Source: Macrostomum lignano (Eukaryota). From it: 26,974 nucleotides of DNA. The notes beneath the pieces are model-generated. The model had not been told where the DNA came from, searched no databases, and saw only the letters and a program-made list of their open reading frames with translations. Where the stretch lies: assembly GCA_002269645.1 (NCBI GenBank), contig NIVC01000960.1, positions 1 to 26,974 of the forward strand, in the 5' to 3' direction. Positions 1 to 9,816 of this stretch are shown piece by piece. The number at the start of each line of letters is the position of its first letter. Position 1 is the first letter of the stretch. The translations under genes were made by a program, and so were the position numbers.

Positions 1-18
1 GACAGCAGTTATGTAATT

Positions 19-31
19 AAGGTCTAATTAT
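19..31 (+). repeat. Target-site duplication, left copy (AAGGTCTAATTAT, 13 bp)
   Basis: Identical to 5782-5794. The first AAG is ambiguous with the element tail, so the TSD is 10-13 bp. Confidence 0.93.
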
Positions 32-283
32 GCACGCGAAGGTGTATTCAGCACGCCAGTGAAGTATGAGACAGACCAGGCCTAAGGGCTACGGTCTGCG
101 ATGCTTCACGCCTGCCCCTATATTCAGCAGGTCAAGGCTGGAGAGGGAGGTCTGCACCCGCTATTTGCCACTGGCAGCCGCAGACCCCCCCCCCTCACGC
201 TGTTTCACAAGTCGACCCAGGGTACTCGTCCCCGCGTGTGTTCAAGGCAGACCCTAGGGCTGCTGGACAGACTGGGCTCCGAC
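32..283 (+). ncRNA. HDV-like self-cleaving ribozyme at the LINE 5' end (predicted cleavage between T31 and G32)
   Basis: P1 GCACGCG(32-38)/CGCGTGT(233-239) with G32.U239 wobble; P2 CCCA(216-219)/TGGG(273-276), extended by GTCG(211-214)/CGAC(280-283); P3 GGG(220-222)/CCC(230-232); L3 TACTCGT(223-229); P1.1 AC(224-225)/GT(240-241); P4 GGCAG(246-250)/CTGCT(260-264) capped by CC-CTAG-GG; J4/2 CAGAC with putative catalytic C268; long hairpin-rich J1/2 (39-210). Confidence 0.85.
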
Positions 284-504
284 GCTGGCGACCCATCCAG
301 TGGCTTCGGCCGAATTTGGGTATGCGGGTCTGGCTTGCCAGCCTGCAGGCCGTGGTACTGCTTAACGTACCCCCTAATGCCTAAGGTGTTTGACCGTGCC
401 GATGGGCTGGAAGGCCGGGGGGTTGTCCGGTCGCTAGCGGTCCTTTTCTTTTTCTTCTTTCCTCTTTCTTTTGTGACTCAGCTCACTCCTTCCCGCTTTC
501 AGCT

Positions 505-1969
505 ATGGCGTCATCCGCCTCTTTAACCCCCGCTGAAGCCGGGCCCCGGCAACTCCGGCCGGTGACTCTGGCACCAGCGCCGCCCCACCGGGGGCAGATG
601 GGCTTGCCGCCGGCTCGGCTGGTGACATGCCCGCACGCGCAACCGGGCCCTCCGCTGAAGCCCGACGCACCCGCAACCAACGCCGCAACGAGCGGCGACG
701 GCGACTACGGGGTACTGCGGGCCGGCCACCGGCGGAAGGGGAACCTAGGGAGGGCGAGGCTGCTGTTGGGCCGAAAGGAACCACAGCAACCCCTGCCCCC
801 AGGATACAACCCCCGCTGGTGAGCCACCCAGTATACCTGCTACAAGCGCGGCCGGGCCTTCGGGAACCGCCGCCACCAACTACGCCTCAAAGGTCAAGCT
901 CCAACCGGCGGTCATCGTCTTCGGGGAAGAGCAGGACCTCACGGCCGACGAGCTCGACAGTGCCTGGCGCACCATCGATGCTGCGCTCATCGACCAGCTC
1001 CTGGCGGGCCGCCCTGTGAGCGTGGTCAAGTCTGCCAAGACCGACGGCTGCATCTTCATCTGGTGCAGCTCGGAGGAGAGCAGCCGCAATCTACGCGAGC
1101 TTCTGCCAAAGCTGAACTGGCCCAAGAAGCTCGGCAAGCTCGTCTTCGCCAGCGAGGGCGAACGACAGAAGACCCAGCGCTTTCGCGTCTGGATCCCGGC
1201 CGGCAGTGCCATTAAGTCCGGAGATCAGCTTAGGCAAATATTGCTAAAGCTGCACCCCGACCTTAAGGTCAACGGGCTCCTACACCACGCCACTTCCCGC
1301 AAGGAGAAGGGGGCTACGGTGATCCTAGGGCTCTCTGATGACTGGGCTAAGCGCTTGCCGCCTAAGTCCACAATTCATATTGGTCTGACTCAGCTGACCA
1401 TCCTCCGTTGCGAGGAGCGGAAAGCTGATGAAGCCAAGAATGCCAAAGCTTCCGAAACCGGAACTGGGGCCCAGGCTCCTCCGGCAAAGAAGCCGAGGCA
1501 AACGGCCGATCCTATGCCCGGTAAGGCAGTTCGCGCTGCTGAAACCGGAAATCGCAATCGCAGACCCGCCAGGAGCACCCGGAGGTCCGGCCTGATCCAG
1601 CGCGCGCTGGACCAGGCCAAGAACCTTCGTGCGCATCGTGAGCGGGCCCGCGCTTCTCGCGCTCCACCCCAACAGCCAGAAGGCCAGACTCTAAGCGGGG
1701 AGGCTCCGACCGACTGGTTCGAGTCTGTGACTCACCAGGAGGCTGGCGCCACCCGCATCGACCTGACCGACGAGGCAGAGGGGACGGGCAGTGACAGCAC
1801 CGAAGCACGCAGGAGAGGCGACGGTAACGTCCACGCTGGGCTCACGTCCGCGGAGGACTCCACAGCCACCCTAACTGCTGAGGACGCTGAAACTCCCATG
1901 GAGGTCTGCGGGTCACCCACCACTGAAAAGGAGGAGGATGACCTGCTCAACGATTCCCCAACTGCGTGA
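505..1969 (+). pseudogene. LINE ORF1 (LOA-type, DUF4780-like core), apparently split by two -1 frameshifts near 544-547 and 796-800
   Basis: The frame of the 1016..1969 ORF is open from 749: ...TNYASKVKLQPAVIVFGEEQDLTADELDSAWRTIDAALIDQLLAGRPVSVVKS...FRVWIP. The basic segment ARRTRNQRRNERRRRLRG is in the -1 frame (open 537-1019). The ATG at 505 has good Kozak context in a third frame. One extra C in each of two C-runs gives a ~488-aa ORF. The DUF4780 resemblance is recalled, not searched. Confidence 0.7.
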
Positions 1970-1971
1970 TA

Positions 1972-4900
1972 ATGATCAGCAACCAGGGAATCCATTGCCT
2001 GCAGATTAATCTGCAGCACTGCGTCGCAGCCTCGGTCAACCTTATGCGTTACGCCGAGCTCGACAAGCCGGGGCTCATCCTCGTCCAGGAACCCTGGACT
2101 CTCAGAGGTAAGCCTCAAAACGCCCCTGCTGGCTACAATTGTTTTTATACTTACCCTCGCGAGGCCAACCAGCCTCCCAGAGCTTGCATCTTTGCGAGCA
2201 AAACGCTCAGTGCGTGGCTCAGATCGGACCTGTCCAACAGGGACATCTGCGTCATCCAATCCGAGGACCTTCTTCCTGGGAAGACCACCCTCATTGCCTC
2301 GGTTTACCTACCAGGCGATGCTGCGGTCGTCCCCAGAGCCCTCGCTACGCTGGTAGAGCTCTGCTCTGCCAAAAACTACGAGCTCATGGTTGCCGGCGAC
2401 ATCAACGCCCACCACACTCACTGGGGCAGCACTGGCATTAATCAGAGAGGCGAAGACCTCCTAGCCTACGTTGCCTCTACGACCCTCGAGTTCTGCAACT
2501 CTGGGTCCACCCCTACCTTTGACAACGGACGGTGGTCGGAGGTGATCGACGCTACGCTCGCAACGCCCAGACTCTACCAGAGTATTGGGGCGTGGCGGGT
2601 GCTTCCAGTGTCCTCACTATCGGATCACAAGTTCATCTCCTTCAACCTAATGGCCGCGCGTAGCGCAACTCGTGTTATGTGGAGACGGAACGCCAGAAAT
2701 ACGGATTGGGAAACCTTCGGGCTCGCCCTGAAGGAATTCCATCGGTCTCCTGGCCAACCATCCACGATCACGTCGTGCCGAGAGGCGGATGAGTGCGCGA
2801 CTGTTTTGACAGAGACGCTAACCGCCGCCTTTGAGGCGTCCTGCCCTTTAAAAGCCTATAAAGGGAAAAAATCGGCGCCGTGGTGGAATCCCGAGCTCGG
2901 CAACCTCCGTCGCAGGGCTAAGAGACTCCACCGCAGAGCAACTAAAACTAAGAGCCCTGCAGACCAAACCGCCTATCATGAAGCAATTCATGAGTTTAAA
3001 AGGCAGGTTAGGAATGCAAAGGCTCAAAAATGGCGACAATACTGTGAGGAGCTAGAGGGCTCACGCCCCACCTCCAGAGTTGTGAAAGCGCTCACGCTGG
3101 ACAAAATGTCTAAGCTCTCCTCGGTCAAACGCACCGACGGTACGTCCACGGACAACCCAGGGGAAACGCTTGATGTAATGCTCACTGCGTTTTTCCCTAA
3201 CGAGCCAGCTAACCAGACCACTCCGGATCACTCGGAGGGAGGTCACGCGCTGGCTGCATCTATCATCACGGAGGACCGCATTGTGAGAGCGGCAAATTCC
3301 TTCAAGCCTTTCAAAGCCCCAGGACCCGACGGCATTGTACCGGCCCTTCTAAGAGAGGCGGTTAAATGCCCAGGCTTCCTGCGCAAACTTTGCAGCCTTC
3401 TTCGGGCATGCATCACGCTTGGTTATGTCCCGCAGGCATGGACCGAGGCAAAGGTGATCTTTATCCCTAAGCCAGGCCGCCCGGACTACCATTCTATCAA
3501 ATCCTTCAGACCGATCAGCTTGACCTCCTCCCTGGTCAAGCTGATGGAGAGACTGGTGCTTTGGCGCCTTCTCTCTGTTGAGCTGAAGAACAAACCTCTC
3601 AGCGAGAACCAGCACGCTTTTCGGGCGGGTCGCTCCACTGAAAGCGCGCTGCACGTCCTGGTCGATAAACTCGAGAAGGCCGTGCTTGGTAGTGGCTTTG
3701 CTCTGGGGATCTTCCTGGACATCATTGGCGCCTTCGATAACGTCCTCTTTGAGGCGTTCCGAAGAGCTCTTTGTGAGAGGCTAACGCACTCACATCTCAC
3801 CAGATGAATCATGTACATGATCAGCCATCGCACGGCCACCGCCAGTCTGCTGGGCTACCAGAGGACGGTCCCCGTCTGCAAAGGTAGCCCGCAAGGTGGG
3901 GTGCTGTCTCCAGTTCTCTGGAATATGGTCATCGATGAGCTCCTCCGGGATGTTCGGCCTGACCCCATTCTGAAAGTTGGATATGCGGACGATGTCACCG
4001 CGGTGGCATCTGGTCCGTCCCCTGATACCCTCAGGGACCTTCTTCAGAACTTCATCTACGCTGCTGAGCAATGGGCGGACCGCTGTGGTTTAAGGCTCTC
4101 TGAGACTAAGACCGCAGCGATCATGTTCACCAGCAGGACCAAGTGGCAGATTCGGCCGCTCACGCTTTACGGAAGGGAAATCCCCTTCTGCAAGCAGACT
4201 AAATGTCTGGGTATTACCCTGGACCACAGGCTGAACTGGTCTCCCCACGTTCAAACAAAAGCCAAAAAGGCCTTCGCAGTCCTCGCGCAATTGCGCAGGG
4301 CCGTCGGCACCACCTGGGGGCTCACCCCCAAGCGCCTCTGGTGGATCTACACTGCAATGGTTAGGCCCGCTATCTCGTATGGCGGCCTGATCTGGGCTAG
4401 CGCCCTGCAGATAAAGACCTGTCTAGAGGCTCTCAGGAGAGCGCAAGGGCGCGCTTGTCGCACGATCATGAGCGCCCCTCCGTCTGCTCCTTACGATGGC
4501 CTCAACGCCTTCCTCAACATTCCTCCGCTGGACATCTTTGTCCGCAGGGAAGCGGCTAAGACTGCCCGCCGTCTAGCTGACGCTGGCATTCGAATCCAGC
4601 CCCATAGGGCCATGGCTAAGCGCAAGCTTCTGCCCCACGCTGACCTCTGCCTCAAGGACTTGAGAGACAGCGGCGGGCTCCACGTCCTATCTGACGGCGA
4701 ACCCCGCACTCTCAACCTCTTTCAGCGCTACAAGGTCACCATCCCCTCTAGGGATGCTGCCAATGACCACTGGAATTTCCAGGAGGTCCATTGCTACACG
4801 GACGGATCCATCAAAGACGGTCGCGCCGGCTTTGGGGTCTGCATCATCATCAACGGCCGCGTAATTGCCACGCATGCCCAGCACACTGGTAGACTCTCCA

Positions 4901-5676
4901 CAGTCTTCCAGAACGAAGTCCTTGCCATCAGCTCTTGCGCTGCAGAGCTAAACGCCAAGGTTACGAGAGGAAAGACTATTGTCATCCACTCCGACAGCCA
5001 AGCGGCCTTACAGGCCCTTTGCCACACCACAACGAACTCCCGGACAGTCGCCGACTGCGCCCGGCAGCTCAACCTCCTGGCCAGAAGCAATACTGTCAGG
5101 CTGAAGTGGATCCCAGGGCACGCAGGGTTTCCGGGGAACGAGCTGGCAGACACCCTCGCCAAGAGGGGCGGCTCTGGCTCTTTTTTCGGCCCTGCCCCCC
5201 TGGTCCCTATGCCCTTGACAGTCATCAATCGTCAGATCGACGACTGGGCTGACTCCCTCCACAGGGACAGATGGGCGGGCACCCAAAACTGCCGGCAATC
5301 TCGTGCCGCGGTTCCTTGCCCGTCTCACAGGCTCAGAAACATCCTTCTGAACCAGAATCGGAAGGATATTCGAGCCCTTGTCATGACCCTTACCGGCCAT
5401 GGCTACCTCGCCAGGCACTGCTTCCTCCGAGGCGACCTCGAGAGCGAAATTTGCCCCTTTTGCGAGTGCGACAATGAAGATGCTCAGCACTTTGTCTGTC
5501 ACTGCCCTTTCTTTAATAGAGACCGGCTACGCTACCTCGGGCCGAACCCGTCCATTGACGAGGTTTGCCAGCCCGACAGCATCCCACGGCTCATCCAGTT
5601 CCTTCGGGCGACTAGACGAGCCAGTTTCTTCCCAACGGAAGATCACGCTGCAGGACGGACCGGCGGACCACCCTGA
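1972..5676 (+). pseudogene. LINE ORF2 (AP endonuclease - reverse transcriptase - RNase H - CCHC knuckle), interrupted by one in-frame TGA at 3805-3807
   Basis: APE: QINLQH, VQEPW, SVYLP, GDINAHH, IDAT, SDH. RT: KAPGPDG, FRPISL, QHAFR, FLDIIGAFD, PQGGVLSP, YADD, LGITLD. RNase H: YTDGS, QNEVLAI, HSDSQAAL, WIPGH, NELADTLAK. C-terminus CPFC..EDAQHFVCHC. The 1966..3807 and 3811..5676 ORFs are in the same frame. Confidence 0.95.
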
Positions 5677-5717
5677 CCGGCCCCACGCCTCTGCCTGTCT
5701 GCGGGCCTTCAGGGGCT

Positions 5718-5784
5718 AGCGGAATGGGCGACCCTCGCCTCCCCGCTGTGTCTACGGACCACCCTGCAGCTAAGTCAAGTCAAG
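5718..5784 (+). other. LINE 3' end: GC-rich stem-loop (5718-5747) and (AAGTC)n tail (5772-5784)
   Basis: AGCGG(5718-22)/CCGCT(5743-47) and GGGCGA(5726-31)/TCGCCT(5735-40) close a CCC loop; tail reads TAAGTCAAGTCAAG. Confidence 0.6.
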
Positions 5785-5794
5785 GTCTAATTAT
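5782..5794 (+). repeat. Target-site duplication, right copy (AAGGTCTAATTAT)
   Basis: Identical to 19-31; directly follows the AAGTCAAGTC tail. Confidence 0.93.
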
Positions 5795-5919
5795 AGCTGA
5801 CATTGCTTTGCTCTTTGAGCGAGCTTTGTTCAAGGCTATTCTATTGCTATTCTGAATTAGCAGTGGGGACTGGCATTATCTCCGCTCCTAGCTCTCTGTA
5901 TGCATTGTTCATGTACTGT

Positions 5920-6250
5920 CCTCTCCCCTCTCTTCTCTCAGCTCCCCCATCTTCTCCCTCCCCTCTCCTCTCTCCATCTCTTCTCTATTCTCTCCTCTCC
6001 CCTCTCCACTCTCCGCTCTCCACTCTCTCTTCTCCGCTCTCTCCTCTCCGCTCTCCCCTCTCCACTCTCCCCATCCTCTCTCTTCCTTCTCCTCTCTTCC
6101 ATCTTCTCTCCTCCATCTCCTCTCCCCATCTTATCTCTCCCCTTCTTCTTCCTCATGTCCTCTCTCCCCTCTCTTCTCCTCCCTATCTTCTTCACTCCCC
6201 CCTCCTCTCCCCCTTTCACCTTTTTAAAGTGCAACCTCCTTTTCTCCTTT
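5920..6250. repeat. CT-rich low-complexity polypyrimidine tract
   Basis: Almost exclusively C/T on the + strand; source of spurious S/L/P-rich ORFs. Confidence 0.9.
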
Positions 6251-6548
6251 CTGTATCTCTTGCTATATTAGTGTTTATATTCTTGTTGACATTCACTAAT
6301 CTGAAACACACCATACGCAACATGTCGTTAGGGAGCTACTCTTTGTCATCTTTTTACTAGTTCACTACTTGAAATTGGTTTACAATGCAATATTTGCGTA
6401 TTTCTTTCAAATTCAAATTTGCTTCGTTTATTACTTTCAAGTATCAAAACAAGAGAATCATTGTTAAAATGGCATTTTTAGAAAAATATGAGTCACTACA
6501 ACTCTCACACAAAATACTACAGAACACAGAAACTATGAGTCACTATTC

Positions 6549-7400
6549 TTAGAATCCCAATACCTATTCTTAGAATCTCGATATCTATTCTTATAATCCC
6601 AATACCTATTCTTAGAATCTCGATATCTATTCCTAGAATCCCAATACCTATTCTTAGATTACCGATACTTGTTAAAATCCTGATCCATATTCTTAGAATC
6701 CTGATCCTTATTCTTAGACCTGATCCTTATTCTTAGAATCTCTATACCATTCTATAGAATCCCGATCCTTATTCTTGGAATCCCGATACCTATTTTTAGA
6801 ATCCCAATCCTTATTCTTAGAATCCCGATCCTTATTCTTTGAATCCCGATCCTTATTCTTAGAATCCCGATACCTATTTTTAGAATCCCGATCCTTATTC
6901 TTAGAATCCCGATACCTATTCTTAGAATCCCGATTCTTATTTTTAGAATCCCGATACCTATTCTTAGAATCTCGATCCTTATTTTTAGAATCCCGATACC
7001 TATTCTTAGAATCCCGATCCTTATTCTTAGAATCCCGATACCTATTCTTAGAATCCCGATCCATATTCTCAGAATCCCGATCCATATTCTTAGAATCCCG
7101 ATCCATATTCTCAGAATCCCGATCCATATTCTCAGAATCCCGATCCATATTCTTAGAATCTCGATACCTATTCTTAGAATCCCGATCCTTATTCTTAGAA
7201 TCCCGATCCATATTCTTAGAATCTCTATACCATTCTTAGAAGCTGGATACCTATTCTTAGAATCCCGATCCTTATTCTTAGAATCCCGATTCTTATTCTT
7301 AGAATCCCAACCCTCAAAATCAAAAATCTATTTTTAGAATCCTGATCACTGTTAATCAATCCCAACTACCGATCCCAATTCTTAGAATCAATCAATCAAT
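6549..7400. repeat. 21-bp minisatellite (TAGAATCCCGAT[AC/CC]CT/TTATTCT-like), roughly 35-40 copies, degenerate at the edges
   Basis: 7-aa periodic ORFs (MDRDSKN / FLESRYL) reflect the 21-nt unit, e.g. TAGAATCCCGATACCTATTCT. Confidence 0.95.
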
Positions 7401-7418
7401 CATTCAATCACTTCTCAG

Positions 7419-7757
7419 GTAAGTGCGCTGTGATCAAGACCAGCACCAGACAGACCTACTTCTTGCCCGTCATCGGTTTGGTTCCGCCTGAGGAGCTGAA
7501 ACCAGCCGATCAGGTCGGCGTTAACAAAGACTCGTTTCTAATCTTGGAAAAGCTGCCAGCCGAATACGATTCCCGAGTCAAAGCTATGGAAGTTGACGAG
7601 AGACCAACGGAGCAATACAGCGATATTGGCGGTTTAGATAAACAAATCCAAGAACTAATTGAAGCCGTCGTGCTTCCAATGACTCATAAGGAGAGATTTA
7701 AGTCGATCGGGATTCAACCGCCAAAGGGCGTGCTGTTGTATGGCCCGCCGGGTACTG
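7419..7757 (+). CDS. PSMC3: 26S proteasome regulatory ATPase subunit 6A (Rpt5), internal exon (first exon in window; 5' exons absent)
   Basis: Acceptor TTCTCAG|GT AAG TGC; (G)[21 protein letters not shown]...[32 protein letters not shown]...[10 protein letters not shown](G); donor G|GTGAGT; length 339 = 2+336+1. Confidence 0.96.
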
Positions 7758-7844
7758 GTGAGTCAGGGAGAAAATATATTGTGAAAAACACTATGAGCCT
7801 ATAAGGGTTCACAAAGTTAATCGCCTTTAAATTTCCATTGGGAA

Positions 7845-8680
7845 AAATAGCCCCTGAATCTCAAATGGAGAAAATCGCCTCTGAATCCCAGATGGAGAAA
7901 ATCCCTCTGAATCTCAGATGGAGAAAATCGCCTCTGAATCTCAGTTAAGGAAAATCCCCTCTGAATCTCAATTGAGGAAAATCGCCTCTGAATCTCAGAT
8001 GAGGAAAATCCCCTCTGAATCTCAGTTGAGGAAAATGGCCTCTGAATCTCAGTTGAGGAAAATCACCTCTGAATCTCAGTTGAGGAAAATCACCTCTGAA
8101 TCTCAGTTAGGGAAAATCCGTCTGAATCTCAGTTAGGGAAAATCCCTCTGAATCTCAGTTGAGGAAAATCACCTCTGAATCTCAGTTAGGGAAAATCCCT
8201 CTGAATCTCAGATGAGGAAAATCACCTCTGAATCTCAGTTAGGGAAAATCCCTCTGAATCTCAGATGAGGAAAATCACCTCTGAATCTCAGTTGAGGAAA
8301 ATCACCTCTGAATCTCAGATGAGGAAAATGGCCTCTGAATCTCAGTTGAGGAAAATCACCTCTGAATCTCAGTTAGGGAAAATCCCTCTGAATCTCAGAT
8401 GAGGAAAATCCCTCTGAATCTCAGTTAGGGAAAATCCCTCTGAATCTCAGATGAGGAAAATCCCTCTGAATCTCAGATGAGGAAAATCACCTCTGAATCT
8501 CAGTTGAGGAAAATCACCTCTGAATCTCAGTTGAGGAAAATCACCCTGAATCTCAGTTGAGGAAAATCACCTCTGAATCTCAGTTAGGGAAAATCCGTCT
8601 GAATCTCAGTTAGGGAAAATCCCTCTGAATCTCAGATGAGGAAAATGGCCTCTGAATCTCAGTTGGGCAAAATCACCTGA
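7845..8680. repeat. 26-27-bp intronic minisatellite (AAAATCACCTCTGAATCTCAGTTGAGG), ~31 copies
   Basis: 9-aa periodic ORF (KIASESQLR); fills PSMC3 intron 7758-8758. Confidence 0.95.
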
Positions 8681-8718
8681 GAAACAACCCAAGGATTAAG
8701 TTACTGTTAAACACCTAA

Positions 8719-9722
<1,004 letters not shown>

Positions 9723-9816
9723 TAAGAAAGACAAAAAAGAGAATCGGCGCATACACACAGATAACACAAACAGATCTCAGATGCCTTGCCCTTCAATTGT
9801 ATCTCCAACCTTTCAG

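Larger units (their letters stand above)
32..5781 (+). mobile_element. Full-length non-LTR retrotransposon (LINE), LOA/R1-LOA-like, with RNase H; ~5.75 kb
   Basis: Flanked by direct repeat AAGGTCTAATTAT (19-31 and 5782-5794). Two-ORF layout; ORF2 has APE, RT, RNase H and CCHC motifs; ends in a short (AAGTC)n tail. Clade assignment rests on domain order and ORF1 resemblance, not on a phylogeny. Confidence 0.95.

Noticed and set aside
3805-3810. TGA recoded as Trp/Sec or programmed readthrough in ORF2
   Set aside because: PSMC3, TOM1, ORF1 and ORF2 all terminate at TGA, so the standard code applies. The context TGA-ATC is not a known leaky motif, and the position aligns with Trp rather than Cys.
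480-5720. Numerous antisense and alternative-frame ORFs within the LINE
   Set aside because: Expected by-product of GC-rich coding sequence; no recognisable motifs.
7845-8680. CRISPR-like or hammerhead-like appearance of the 27-bp array (CTGA..., GAAA words, CCTC/GAGG hairpin)
   Set aside because: Units are contiguous with no unique spacers, there are no cas genes, the context is eukaryotic, and the CUGANGA core is absent.
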